Assembly (NCBI GenBank): GCA_052035325.1
Contig: JBPOHR010000006.1
Location: 3,083-67,082, forward strand
DNA length: 64,000 nucleotides
Origin: Patescibacteria group bacterium
GTDB lineage: Bacteria; Patescibacteriota; Microgenomatia; UBA1400; PJMF01
Direction of reading: 5' to 3'
In this document: positions 47,648-57,816 of the stretch, piece after piece
Layout of the letters: each line of letters begins with the position of its first letter
Numbering within the stretch: position 1 is the first letter of the stretch
Made by a program: the position numbers and the translations under genes
The notes under the pieces: generated by a model
What the model was told of the DNA's origin: nothing
The model's input: the letters and a program-made list of their open reading frames with translations, nothing else
Databases searched by the model: none

Positions 47648-48114
47648 CCAAATCTCTGGATTTAGCTGCGCACGCACTCCAAGAAAATAGCTATCCCATC
47701 GGCGCTGTCTTTGTTAATGCCAACGGTACTGTACTGGCTGAAACTTCCAATGAGTATGCTCATGATCACGACGTGACCGCTCATGCTGAACTACTCGGCC
47801 TGCGCCAACTTAGCGAGCATGCAGACAAAGATCTCGGAATACCTCTGACCCTTTATACATCGCTCGAACCCTGTTTTGGCTGTAGCTTTTTTCTCGCGCG
47901 ATCAAGCGTCACCCAGATTTATTCAGCTTTGAAAGACCCGCACAAAGGTGGTATTTCCATGTTGAAAGAACAAGCGCAATTTGTGTCATTCTTCAAAAAT
48001 ATGGAAATTGAACATACTCTATTTGCAGACCTGCAAGCACAGTCTGCTCAATTACTACAAACATATTTTGAACAGAATGGTAATGAAGCAGCCGCTAGGC
48101 TGTATCAATTGTAG
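47593..48114 (+). CDS. Nucleoside/cytidine deaminase family (TadA-like) protein
   Basis: PIGAV, AHAEL, LYTSLEPCFGC. Confidence 0.88.
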   Translation: MPNPQCTNFSTDQIYQFLTKSLDLAAHALQENSYPIGAVFVNANGTVLAETSNEYAHDHDVTAHAELLGLRQLSEHADKDLGIPLTLYTSLEPCFGCSFFLARSSVTQIYSALKDPHKGGISMLKEQAQFVSFFKNMEIEHTLFADLQAQSAQLLQTYFEQNGNEAAARLYQL

Positions 48115-48126
48115 ATCTAACAATCA

Positions 48127-48459
48127 TTATCTCCAGTCATCTGGTCGACGATCTCGCTTACGCCATTCTTCAGGAGAGAGCCTACGTCCAAAAGTAACAG
48201 CTGTCCCATTCTCCAAGCTCCATGCTATCAAGTCATTATCATCCCATGGTCTTTCTTCTGGGATCTGAGGCTGCTGGTCATCACTTCCACCACCACCTCC
48301 TTCACCTGTTGCATTTTCTGCAATTTCTAAATCCTTCAAGGCCTGTATGGGATGGGTCATGTTGATCAAGAACAGCCAATAATCATCAACACATTGAGGA
48401 TTTTTTTTCAATTTTTCCTCGAGTGTAGCAAGTCTTTCTAACTCAAATCTAATAAGCAT
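48127..48459 (-). CDS. Hypothetical protein
   Basis: TATAAT-N6-ATG; Gly-rich linker and acidic tail. Confidence 0.55.
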   Translation of the reverse strand: MLIRFELERLATLEEKLKKNPQCVDDYWLFLINMTHPIQALKDLEIAENATGEGGGGGSDDQQPQIPEERPWDDNDLIAWSLENGTAVTFGRRLSPEEWRKRDRRPDDWR

Positions 48460-48523
48460 ACCCCTATTATACACATTTAATGTGTATAAGGAGTATATCT
48501 GGGACCTTTTTATGACAAATAAT

Positions 48524-49012
48524 CTACTTTTCTTCCAATTTCTTATTTATCCACATGTTGCCAGCAATCAATGCACCCAGCACCACAAAAGCCACTAAGC
48601 ACAGTAAGGGAATGGTCAAAAAGCCAAAATAACTGACATCAACGACATTACAGGGATTTTCCACACTACAGCCAATCCAGTTGTGGATAGGCAACATTTG
48701 AATCGCATAGTGATATAACTCGAGAGGGATGCCCAACACCACTAACGGTATCAGGTAATCAGTGAAGCGCCGATCTTTTTTCAGGATCCCAACATAACTA
48801 ATCAAGGCGATCGGGAACATGAGAATGCGTGCTAACCAGCACAACAAGCATGGCTCAAGACCTTGACCAATCGGGAAAAGATTTCCTGCCACGACATTGG
48901 CTACCGGATCACCAAACGTGGAATAGTACAATGATCCTAGAATTGCCAACATACCTTGGACAAATATTGTCATCCAAATTAATTCTTGAGCTTGGACAAG
49001 TTTCTGTTTCAT
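48524..49012 (-). CDS. Disulfide bond formation protein (DsbB/BdbC family)
   Basis: EPCLLCWLARILMFP, second Cys pair CSVENPC, FGFLTIP. Confidence 0.92.
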   Translation of the reverse strand: MKQKLVQAQELIWMTIFVQGMLAILGSLYYSTFGDPVANVVAGNLFPIGQGLEPCLLCWLARILMFPIALISYVGILKKDRRFTDYLIPLVVLGIPLELYHYAIQMLPIHNWIGCSVENPCNVVDVSYFGFLTIPLLCLVAFVVLGALIAGNMWINKKLEEK

Positions 49013-49070
49013 ACGACATAGTGTAGCAAATCTTGACAGCTATGTGACAACTCAGTTACGCTCGTGCTTG

Positions 49071-49898
49071 GTGACTACTCCTTTGACATCTCAACAAATT
49101 GCTGGGTTTCGTACTTTTATACACCATTTTTATACCCATTATGGCCGGCATGATTTACCCTGGCGTCAGAACTATGATCCATACCACATTATGGTGTCTG
49201 AATTCATGCTCCAACAAACTCAAGTTGATCGGGTTATTCCCAAGTTCTTAGCGTTCATCAATCAGTTTCCCTCAGTTGTTACATTAGCAACTGCAGGCGT
49301 GGGTGAAGTCATCACTGCGTGGCAGGGCCTAGGGTACAATCGCCGAGGTCTCAATCTGCAGCGGGCTGCACAATCTATTTTCACACGTTTTCACGAAAAA
49401 GTACCAGACAACGTTGATGATTTGCTCTCACTACCTGGGATCGGTCCGTACACCGCCAATGCAATTCTTACTTTTGCCTTCAATCAACCAAACATCGTCG
49501 TTGAAACGAACATCCGAACTGTGTTTATCTATCACTTTTTTCCTGGCGCATATGGCGTCGAAGATAAATTGCTCTTGCCTCTGATCGAAAGTACCCTTGA
49601 TGCTGAACACCCTCGACAATGGTACTCTGCATTGATGGATTATGGCAGCTATCTCAAACGTGTTTTACCAAATCCCACCCGCCAGAGCAAACACTATGTC
49701 AAACAAAGTAACTTTGCCACGTCGAATCGACGAATCCGTGGCCTGGTGCTGCGAGCACTTACTATCGCCCCTGCTACTCTTACCTCATTGGCCACAATGC
49801 TTGAAATTGATGAAGCAAAAGTGAAATCTGTGACAGAAACACTGCAAAAAGAGGGTTTTATTCACAAGCGAGGTCGCACTTTCCAGCTCGCAACCTAG
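49071..49898 (+). CDS. mutY: MutY-like HhH-GPD adenine glycosylase lacking the 4Fe-4S motif
   Basis: LPWR, VSEFMLQQTQVDRV, WQGLGYNRR, LPGIGPYTA, ALMDYG. No Cys cluster. Confidence 0.85.
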   Translation: MTTPLTSQQIAGFRTFIHHFYTHYGRHDLPWRQNYDPYHIMVSEFMLQQTQVDRVIPKFLAFINQFPSVVTLATAGVGEVITAWQGLGYNRRGLNLQRAAQSIFTRFHEKVPDNVDDLLSLPGIGPYTANAILTFAFNQPNIVVETNIRTVFIYHFFPGAYGVEDKLLLPLIESTLDAEHPRQWYSALMDYGSYLKRVLPNPTRQSKHYVKQSNFATSNRRIRGLVLRALTIAPATLTSLATMLEIDEAKVKSVTETLQKEGFIHKRGRTFQLAT

Positions 49899-49920
49899 CA
49901 ATATCCGGTACAATGTCGAT

Positions 49921-50901
49921 ATGGCACATCGTTATCCAACAATCGGTCTAGGTGGGACTTTTGATCATCTACACAAAGGACATGAGCATTTTCTCAAGTA
50001 TGCCAACGACTTGGCTGAAACTGTCCTGATAGGCATCACAGCCGATGACTTGGTCAAAAACAAACCCTGGGCACATCTCATCGAGGACTATGACACTCGG
50101 TACCGCACTGTCAAGACATTTTGTCGAGAAAACCGCATTCAAGCTAGGATTGTTCAGCTGCACGACGCGGTCGGGCCAACGCTCGAAAAAGGGATGGTGC
50201 AAGCACTTTGTGTCACTCCCGAAACTGAAGCTGGAGCTGATCACATTAATACCTTACGGTTAAAGTTGAAAATGCGTCCTTTGCAAACATATGTAAGTAC
50301 GTATTTTCTCGCCGAAACTGGTGAACCGCTTCACTCGGCAAGTATTCGTCAGGGAAGGCTCAATCAAAACGGACAAAACTGGTGGAAACCTCTGGAAACA
50401 ACACTCGAACTAACTGATACGCAACGAAGCTTCTTTCAAAATCCTCAAGGCCCGATCACCAACAAGTTATTTCCTACCGCCACCTTTACCGCGGTGGTAG
50501 GTGACTTTTGTCTCGAGTACTTTCGTCAACGAAAGTGGTCATACCAGATCGGAGTATTCGATTTAAAAACTCAGAGAATAGATCATAAGAGTGCAGAAAT
50601 ACTCAAAATTGCTGATGATGCAAACACTCATCACGTCACTAATGCACCTGGATTGATATCTTTAGAACTTACGCGTATTTTGCAAGAAATCATTCCAAGT
50701 CGATATACCCTGCGCTGGCAAGAACATATTCATGTTGACGGTGAAGAAGATCTGGCAGCAGTAGCACTCGCACTACTTTTGCCACTTGGCAGTACTATTT
50801 ACTATGGCCAACGAGATGTAGGCATGGTCGCTATGGCAGTAACTATAGAAAAAAAGAACGAGATTTTGGAGTTATTTTCCAAACCTTCCCCGAAACTCTA
50901 A
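49921..50901 (+). CDS. coaD: Archaeal/eukaryal-type phosphopantetheine adenylyltransferase fused to DUF359 (GTP-dependent dephospho-CoA kinase)
   Basis: N-domain: GGTFDHLHKGH, IGIT, VTPET...IN..R, HSASIR. C-domain: VGD, DLKTQR, NAPGLI, VDGEEDLA, YGQ. Confidence 0.85.
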   Translation: MAHRYPTIGLGGTFDHLHKGHEHFLKYANDLAETVLIGITADDLVKNKPWAHLIEDYDTRYRTVKTFCRENRIQARIVQLHDAVGPTLEKGMVQALCVTPETEAGADHINTLRLKLKMRPLQTYVSTYFLAETGEPLHSASIRQGRLNQNGQNWWKPLETTLELTDTQRSFFQNPQGPITNKLFPTATFTAVVGDFCLEYFRQRKWSYQIGVFDLKTQRIDHKSAEILKIADDANTHHVTNAPGLISLELTRILQEIIPSRYTLRWQEHIHVDGEEDLAAVALALLLPLGSTIYYGQRDVGMVAMAVTIEKKNEILELFSKPSPKL

Positions 50902-50920
50902 AAACTGATAGAGTAGAGTT

Positions 50921-52108
50921 ATGGTCTCTCCCAACACTGCAGAACCACTGGCGCATCTGCTGCGTCCACAGACGTTAACTGATTTCATGGGTCAGGATCA
51001 CTTAGTTGGTGAAGGAAAACCATTACGGGTTGCTATTGAACATCAGCAAGTCTTCTCAATGATTTTCTGGGGACCTCCTGGTGTAGGGAAGACGACACTA
51101 GCTAAGATCCTGGCACACGACACAGGGCGAGATTTTTTCGAACTATCTGCCGTCTCAGCAGGGAAAAGTGATGTTCGCGACGTAATCGAACAAGCGGCGC
51201 AACTTCGCGAGCTGGATAAACCAGCCCCAGTGTTATTTCTTGATGAAATTCACCGTTTTAACAAAGCACAACAAGATTTTCTCTTACCCTATGTCGAGCG
51301 AGGTGACATAGTGCTGATCGGTGCAACAACCGAGAATCCAAGCTTTGAAGTGATCTCCGCGCTCCTTTCCCGCACTCGCATCTTTGTGCTCAAATCACTC
51401 ACCTCTGAGCAACTGACTGACATTATCAAGCGCGCCGTCAAACACCTTGGCACCAAGGTACCCAAAGCCGACACTTTGGAATGGTTGGTAAATTATGCCA
51501 ATGGTGATGCGCGTAAACTCCTCACCATTATTGATAATACCTGGCAACTCTACAACGAGCTAAGCATCGACAACTTCAAGAATGCACTGCAAAGTTTTCA
51601 ACTTCGCTACGATAAAGGTGGGGAAGAGCACTACGACACGATTAGCGCGTTTATCAAGTCGATGCGCGCCAGCAACATTGATGCTGCGCTCTATTATCTG
51701 GCGCGCATGATCACCGCCGGCGAAGATCCCAAGTTCATTGCCCGGCGCATGGTGATTTTTGCTAGTGAAGATATCGGTCTGGCCGCTCCCACCGCCCTGG
51801 TTGTCGCCAACGCAGTCTTTGACGCAGTCCATAAAATTGGCTACCCTGAAGCGCAAATTAACTTAGCACACGGCACTGCTTATCTTTGTAACTGTAAAAA
51901 AGATCGCTCTGCGTATGATGCGTACTTTGCTGCATTGGCTGATGTCCAGAAATTGGGTAATTTGCCTATTCCCTTAGAGCTTCGCAACGCTCCCACCAAG
52001 CTCATGAAAGAGCTGAACTATGGCAAAGGCTACGAAATGTATAGCAATAAAAACCTGCTTCCAGAAAAACTAACCGGGAAAAAGTACTATACTACTCACA
52101 ATGATTGA
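50921..52108 (+). CDS. rarA: Replication-associated recombination protein A (MgsA)
   Basis: [57 protein letters not shown]. Confidence 0.96.
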   Translation: MVSPNTAEPLAHLLRPQTLTDFMGQDHLVGEGKPLRVAIEHQQVFSMIFWGPPGVGKTTLAKILAHDTGRDFFELSAVSAGKSDVRDVIEQAAQLRELDKPAPVLFLDEIHRFNKAQQDFLLPYVERGDIVLIGATTENPSFEVISALLSRTRIFVLKSLTSEQLTDIIKRAVKHLGTKVPKADTLEWLVNYANGDARKLLTIIDNTWQLYNELSIDNFKNALQSFQLRYDKGGEEHYDTISAFIKSMRASNIDAALYYLARMITAGEDPKFIARRMVIFASEDIGLAAPTALVVANAVFDAVHKIGYPEAQINLAHGTAYLCNCKKDRSAYDAYFAALADVQKLGNLPIPLELRNAPTKLMKELNYGKGYEMYSNKNLLPEKLTGKKYYTTHND

Positions 52109-52532
52109 TCGTTTTCGCCCCTTTTCTGCAGTACACTTATTCCTAATCAAAGACAATCAAGTCTTACTCGCACGCCGTTTTCAAACTGGCTACCAAGACG
52201 GCAACTACTCTGTGCCTGCCGGCCATCTTGATGGCAACGAGACTGCCACACAAGCAATTATTCGCGAAGCACAAGAAGAAGTGGGTATTACTATCACCAC
52301 AGCTGATGTACGTTTCGTGCACGTCATGCACCGCACAGGTGATAGAGAATCAATTGATTTTTTCTTTGTGTGCGAACACTGGACAGGTGAACCAACCATT
52401 ATGGAACCAGATAAATGCGATGAGCTTGTCTGGTCAAAACTTGATCACTTGCCGAGCAATACTATTCCCTATATATCCCAGGCGCTACAAAACTATCAAC
52501 ACAATCAATCATTTTCTGAGTTTGGGTGGTAA
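52101..52532 (+). CDS. NUDIX hydrolase
   Basis: PAGHLDGNETATQAIIREAQEEVG, EPDKC. Confidence 0.92.
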   Translation: MIDRFRPFSAVHLFLIKDNQVLLARRFQTGYQDGNYSVPAGHLDGNETATQAIIREAQEEVGITITTADVRFVHVMHRTGDRESIDFFFVCEHWTGEPTIMEPDKCDELVWSKLDHLPSNTIPYISQALQNYQHNQSFSEFGW

Positions 52533-52557
52533 TAAAAATTCAGCTAAATTAGGATTT

Positions 52558-52782
52558 TTATTCAACTTTTTTTGCTGCCAAAATTGCTTCTGATGAGATT
52601 TGAGAATTAGCATGTATCTCTAATATTTTGCGAAGAGTATGCAATGAAATTTCACCTGATTGTTTATTGGCAGCTCGCTGCATCAAACCCTGAAGCATAA
52701 TTAACTCAGTAATAGGCATACGACACTCATCACGTAAGTAGTTTGCAGCATCGATTACACGTATCATTCCTTTTTTTTCCAT
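52558..52782 (-). CDS. Small hypothetical protein
   Basis: 74-aa ORF in an otherwise empty gap. Confidence 0.4.
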   Translation of the reverse strand: MEKKGMIRVIDAANYLRDECRMPITELIMLQGLMQRAANKQSGEISLHTLRKILEIHANSQISSEAILAAKKVE

Positions 52783-52895
52783 AGCTTCTTCCGATCAACT
52801 TACATATTTAATACATACGTATAATTGCATTATTCACATACTATTACAACCACATGACACAGCATACAGGTAAAAATGCCTTATAATGTAATAAA

Positions 52896-53816
52896 GTGCA
52901 AACCGCCCTCTCTGTCACCAACCTCACCAAACGCTACGGCGAATTCCTCGCCGTGGATCATGTGTCCTTTGAGATCAAGCCTGGAGAAATCCTTGGTCTG
53001 CTCGGTCCCAACGGAGCAGGAAAATCCTCTACTATCCAAATGCTAACTGGTCTAACCCATGCCGATGCAGGAGAAATTGTATATTTTGGCCAAGATTTCT
53101 ACACGCATCGCGAGGCCTGTCTGCAACAAATGAACTACGCTTCTGCCTACAATGTGCTGCAAGGTCGACTTACGATTCGCCAAAACTTACGCTGCTTTGC
53201 CGATTTTTATAATGTGCCTGATCCAACCGAACGAATCACCACATTAGCCAAGTTATTTGAAATTGAAGATTTGCTCGAAACAACTTTTTGGCAACTCTCT
53301 TCCGGTCAAAAAACCCGCGCAGTGCTCGCTAAATCGCTTCTGAATCGTCCCAAGTTAGTTCTGATGGACGAGCCCACTGCTAGTCTTGACCCTGATATAG
53401 TCGATAAAATGATTGAATTAATTAAAGAACTGCAGCGTGTAGAAGAAGTCTCCATGCTGTATACCAGCCACAATATGGATGAGGTAGCCCGTTTGTGTGA
53501 TCGCGTGGCATTTCTCGCACAGGGCAAAATTGTTGCCATCGACACTCCACTCGAGCTTACCAAAAAAATCGGTACTGTCCGGCTCATCATTGGGTTCGAA
53601 GGTGATACAAAAAAAGTGCATGGTTATCTGACACAGCATAAACTGCACGATGAGGATACTCGCCAAAACTGGCTTCAAGTATCAATCCCTGAAATAGATG
53701 TTCCAAAAGTATTATTTGGTCTCAAAGAGGCAGGCATGTGGATCACTGACCTGAGCATTAACAAACCATCACTTGAAGATGTTTTTCTCCACATATCTCG
53801 AGAAAAAACTATTTAA
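52896..53816 (+). CDS. ABC-2/DrrA-type ABC transporter ATP-binding protein
   Basis: GPNGAGKS, LSSGQ, LMDEPT, TSH, SLEDVFL. Confidence 0.93.
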   Translation: MQTALSVTNLTKRYGEFLAVDHVSFEIKPGEILGLLGPNGAGKSSTIQMLTGLTHADAGEIVYFGQDFYTHREACLQQMNYASAYNVLQGRLTIRQNLRCFADFYNVPDPTERITTLAKLFEIEDLLETTFWQLSSGQKTRAVLAKSLLNRPKLVLMDEPTASLDPDIVDKMIELIKELQRVEEVSMLYTSHNMDEVARLCDRVAFLAQGKIVAIDTPLELTKKIGTVRLIIGFEGDTKKVHGYLTQHKLHDEDTRQNWLQVSIPEIDVPKVLFGLKEAGMWITDLSINKPSLEDVFLHISREKTI

Positions 53817-53817
53817 C

Positions 53818-54627
53818 ATGTCACACCAATTCCGACTACCGTCACTCAACTCCCGCCGCATCATTGGTGTGCTTCGTCAAACCTGGTACTTCACCTTTCA
53901 TAGTATGGAAACCTGGATTGATTTGTTTTGGTTTCCTATCGTGAGTTTATTGCTGTTTGGTTTCTTGTCCACTGTTCTCGCAGGTAGCAATCCCACCATT
54001 GCTGTCATGTTGTTGATCGGCTATATGCTATGGGAAGTCGTCAGAATCAGTCAATACTGCATCACTGTCAGCGTGATGTGGGAAGTGTGGTCACGTAGTT
54101 TCAACACCATGTTCGTCTCACCGCTCAATATGGCAGAAGTAATGATTGGCTACATCATTAGTGGCACCATTAAAACTATGTTTGCAATCAGCATTATTGC
54201 TGCCATCAGTTTATTTGTGTTTCACACTTCCGTTTTTATTCTTGGGCCAATGCTACTACTTTACTTGGTGATCTTATTTAGCTTTGGCTTTGCGGTAGGC
54301 ATGTTTGTTACAGGCTTGATTTTCCGTTTCAACACAGACATCCAGTCTCTAGCCTGGGGATTGATCTATGTATTCCAACCAATTTCTGCTATTTTTTATC
54401 CAGTTGAAGCACTACCGATTCAAATTCGCTGGCTCGCATATGCCTCACCGATCACGTACGTCATGGAAAATACTCGTGCTCAACTTAACGGACAACCTGT
54501 CAATGTATTACAACTTGGTATTTCAGCGGTTGTTACTAGTATTATGGTCATAGCCGCGTATGGTTTTATGCACTTGATGTATCAATGGGCGCGAAGAACT
54601 GGATCATTCGCGAGACTGGGAAATTAA
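53818..54627 (+). CDS. ABC-2 type permease
   Basis: About 6 TMs, FYPVEALP...SPITYVME. Confidence 0.88.
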   Translation: MSHQFRLPSLNSRRIIGVLRQTWYFTFHSMETWIDLFWFPIVSLLLFGFLSTVLAGSNPTIAVMLLIGYMLWEVVRISQYCITVSVMWEVWSRSFNTMFVSPLNMAEVMIGYIISGTIKTMFAISIIAAISLFVFHTSVFILGPMLLLYLVILFSFGFAVGMFVTGLIFRFNTDIQSLAWGLIYVFQPISAIFYPVEALPIQIRWLAYASPITYVMENTRAQLNGQPVNVLQLGISAVVTSIMVIAAYGFMHLMYQWARRTGSFARLGN

Positions 54628-54630
54628 ACC

Positions 54631-56268
54631 CTAACAATACAACTTCTCACAGTACTCCCTAACCATTCGCTCCGCGCTGTACTGTGGCGCTAGCTGCATC
54701 GACAGCTGCATCTTCTTCACCCAAGTTTCAGGCACACCATCTTCATTTCTGGTGAAGAACTCTGGCACAATTTCTTGCTCCAATTTGGCATATAAATCTT
54801 CAGCAATAGTATCTGCATTAAGCGACCAACCCTTATCATTCCAGTCTACTTCTGCTGCCCAGCCATCGGGCACCGTAGCCTGGAGTACCCCATTACTAAC
54901 TGCTTTCATACCTGACGTACCGCTGGCCTCCCAACCAAACTGTGGGGTGTTGAGCCATAGATCAGAACCAGCCACTACGTGTTGTGCCACTTCAATATCA
55001 TAATTCGGAATGTATAACGCAAACCCTGACAACTCATTTTGAAAATGTTTGATAATCTGTTGCAACATTGCTTTGGATACTTCGTCGTAGGCATGAGCTT
55101 TACCAGACACAAGTAGTTGTATCTGTCGGCCTTCTGCCGAAACCAATCGCTGGAGTCGCTCCATGTCATCAAATAAACACGATAGCTGTTTGTACTCGGT
55201 AACCCGACGCGCCCAAGTAATAACCATTCGCTGTGGATCAAACGTAAAACCAGTTCGCCGTTGCACAAACTGCGCCAATTTCTCTTTTTGTCGAACGTGT
55301 GCTTGCCATAACAACTGGGGCTGATTCATGGCACTAGCAACGTCACGACTTTGCCAAGTTGGCAAGTGCACTCCATTGGTAATACCTGACCAATTGAAAC
55401 CTGGCCACGTTTTTTGACAAAAGCGGAAGTGCAACTGGCTAACGGCAGAGGCTTTTGAAGAAATCTGTAACGCAAATCGTGTCACGTTAAAACTACCTTT
55501 GTCATCAACTCCTGGCTCCAATAACTGCTCTACCGTAATCCCCATTCGCTCTGCGTAGTATCGGCTAAAGGCTTTGAGCAAGTCCATGTTGTGCGTCGGA
55601 TTGCCCGCGCCAATCAAGGTGTGGTTCGTATAGACCGTTTTGGAAATTGCTACCCGGCGTGCTTCATCAAACGTCATACCATGCTCATCCATGTAGTTGC
55701 GAATCAACTGCCAATGCAAAAATGCTGGTCGACCTTCATTGATATGATACAAACTCGGATGAATCTCAAGCGCATGCAACAATTTGACGCCACCAATACC
55801 GAGAATTAACTGCTGTTTGAGTAGTGCTTCTTCTGTCCCAGAGTATAAACATGCAGCTATATCTCGCTCCTCGAGGTGATTTTGATCTGTATCAGTGTCA
55901 AGAAGGTAGAGCGTCGTCTGCGGTCCAAATTGTTTCTTCCACACTCGCACCCAGACATCAACTTCAGTCAAATGAACCTTAATAAATAAAGGCATGTCAT
56001 CTTTATAGACATGCTCCAACCCAGCCGAGAGAGGATCATAGGCAAATTCTTCTTCTTGCTGCCAACCATCCTCGGTCACTCGTTGACGGGCAAGACACCC
56101 TTTATACAGCAAACCAACACCCACAAAGGGCAAATGCATATCGCCGGCAGCTTTCATAATGTCGCCTGCCAAAATCCCTAATCCACCCGCATACAGTGGC
56201 AGTCGGTTATCAAAGCCATACTCGGCGCAAAAAAACGCAATCGGATGCTGGGCAGAGTACTGATTCAT
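54631..56268 (-). CDS. glgP: Alpha-glucan (glycogen/maltodextrin) phosphorylase, compact form
   Basis: YAGGLGILAGD, HINEG, YTNHT, ITNGVH, GKAH, DLWLNTP, EASGTSGMKA (PLP Lys). Confidence 0.92.
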   Translation of the reverse strand: MNQYSAQHPIAFFCAEYGFDNRLPLYAGGLGILAGDIMKAAGDMHLPFVGVGLLYKGCLARQRVTEDGWQQEEEFAYDPLSAGLEHVYKDDMPLFIKVHLTEVDVWVRVWKKQFGPQTTLYLLDTDTDQNHLEERDIAACLYSGTEEALLKQQLILGIGGVKLLHALEIHPSLYHINEGRPAFLHWQLIRNYMDEHGMTFDEARRVAISKTVYTNHTLIGAGNPTHNMDLLKAFSRYYAERMGITVEQLLEPGVDDKGSFNVTRFALQISSKASAVSQLHFRFCQKTWPGFNWSGITNGVHLPTWQSRDVASAMNQPQLLWQAHVRQKEKLAQFVQRRTGFTFDPQRMVITWARRVTEYKQLSCLFDDMERLQRLVSAEGRQIQLLVSGKAHAYDEVSKAMLQQIIKHFQNELSGFALYIPNYDIEVAQHVVAGSDLWLNTPQFGWEASGTSGMKAVSNGVLQATVPDGWAAEVDWNDKGWSLNADTIAEDLYAKLEQEIVPEFFTRNEDGVPETWVKKMQLSMQLAPQYSAERMVREYCEKLYC

Positions 56269-56328
56269 GTCTAGACATCATGCCACAGTGTCACGGTTGC
56301 TGTCAGCTAGCAGTGAGAGACTAGACAG

Positions 56329-57816
56329 ATGACGCCACACGAGATTTTAACGAAGTACTTTGGTTTTGCGAGCTTTCGGCCAGGTCAGGAAGTTATCGTC
56401 AACAGTATCATTGATGGTCATGACACGTTGGTGCTCCTACCGACAGGTGGTGGCAAGTCGCTCTGCTTTCAGGTCCCGGCGTTAGCACTTGGCGGCACAA
56501 CTATCGTCATTTCACCGTTGATTTCCCTCATGACAGATCAAGTCGCTAAACTACAAGAGCGGGGCATTGCCGCAGCCTGTTTGACCAGCTCGCAAACTCC
56601 CGTGGATCGCTCACAAATTCTCCACCAGCTGCAGACAGGCACGCTCCAACTTCTCTATCTGTCTCCAGAAAAATGTGCCACCTTCGACTGGCAACAGGTA
56701 TCTCGAAAAATTAAGATTCCCCTGGTCGTGATTGATGAAGCTCACTGCGTCGTAACCTGGGGTGTGGATTTTCGGCCGGAATACCAGCACCTCGCACATA
56801 GCATTGCCAGCTTTCATAGCCGCCCAATCATTGCGGCCTTCACTGCTACTGCCACACTACCTGCCCAACAAGCCATTATCGACAGTCTGGGGTTAACATC
56901 TCCACATATCCACCGGCACAGCTGTTTTCGACCAAATCTCGAGCTGATTATTTGCCACACCGCTACCTCTGTGGCAAAAAACCTACTGTTGTATCAACTA
57001 TTACGACAGCATTGGAGTGACACAGGCATCATCTACTGCGCAACTCGAGCGCACTGTGAACAAGTCACAAAACTCGTTAAATCGTGGTGGTCTACCTCAT
57101 GCAGTGTGGCTTTTTATCATGCTGGCATCGACGGTGAAGCCCGGCAACATCTTCAAAATGACTTCATTTCTGGCAAAATCCAGTGGCTTGTCAGCACCAA
57201 TGCCTTTGGCATGGGAGTTGATAAAGCCAATATCCGTTTTGTAATCCATTACCAACCTTCCACGAGCCTCGAAAATTACTTTCAAGAAGTTGGCAGAGCG
57301 GGGAGAGATGGTAACTTGAGCCATTGCTACTTACTCTGGACTGAGGGTGATTGGGAGACATTGCGTGAACTACTGAGTGATCAAGATCAAATAAAAACGA
57401 AACAACGATTGTCGACATTACGAAATCTTGCCAACTATGTAACTACCCGTAGATGTCGGCATTCACAGTTACTGCAGTACTTTGGTGAAAAACCTTTGGC
57501 TAGATCTTGCCTACATTGCGATATATGTGTTAAATGGCATCATATCGACAGCATCCACACAGAGCAAATTCGTCAACGTTTTAAGTTAGTGTTGAATCGC
57601 TTACCATCACCCATACGCCCATCGTTGCACATTACTAGACAACAAGTTGAGTTGCTCGTTTGCCACCGACCTTGTACACGGCTAGATTTTTTGAATATTC
57701 CCGGATGTGGAACAGGTTGGATGAGCTATTGGTATCCGCAACTAGAACCTTATCTGGCGAAAATATATGCATTTCAGCCTACACGGCTTTGTGTTGATAC
57801 AACTCTCCATCACTGA
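56329..57816 (+). CDS. recQ: RecQ-family ATP-dependent DNA helicase
   Basis: PTGGGKSLCFQ, IDEAHC, WG.DFRP, TATAT, AFGMGVDK, QEVGRAGRDG, Zn motif CR...CLHCDIC. Confidence 0.93.
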   Translation: MTPHEILTKYFGFASFRPGQEVIVNSIIDGHDTLVLLPTGGGKSLCFQVPALALGGTTIVISPLISLMTDQVAKLQERGIAAACLTSSQTPVDRSQILHQLQTGTLQLLYLSPEKCATFDWQQVSRKIKIPLVVIDEAHCVVTWGVDFRPEYQHLAHSIASFHSRPIIAAFTATATLPAQQAIIDSLGLTSPHIHRHSCFRPNLELIICHTATSVAKNLLLYQLLRQHWSDTGIIYCATRAHCEQVTKLVKSWWSTSCSVAFYHAGIDGEARQHLQNDFISGKIQWLVSTNAFGMGVDKANIRFVIHYQPSTSLENYFQEVGRAGRDGNLSHCYLLWTEGDWETLRELLSDQDQIKTKQRLSTLRNLANYVTTRRCRHSQLLQYFGEKPLARSCLHCDICVKWHHIDSIHTEQIRQRFKLVLNRLPSPIRPSLHITRQQVELLVCHRPCTRLDFLNIPGCGTGWMSYWYPQLEPYLAKIYAFQPTRLCVDTTLHH

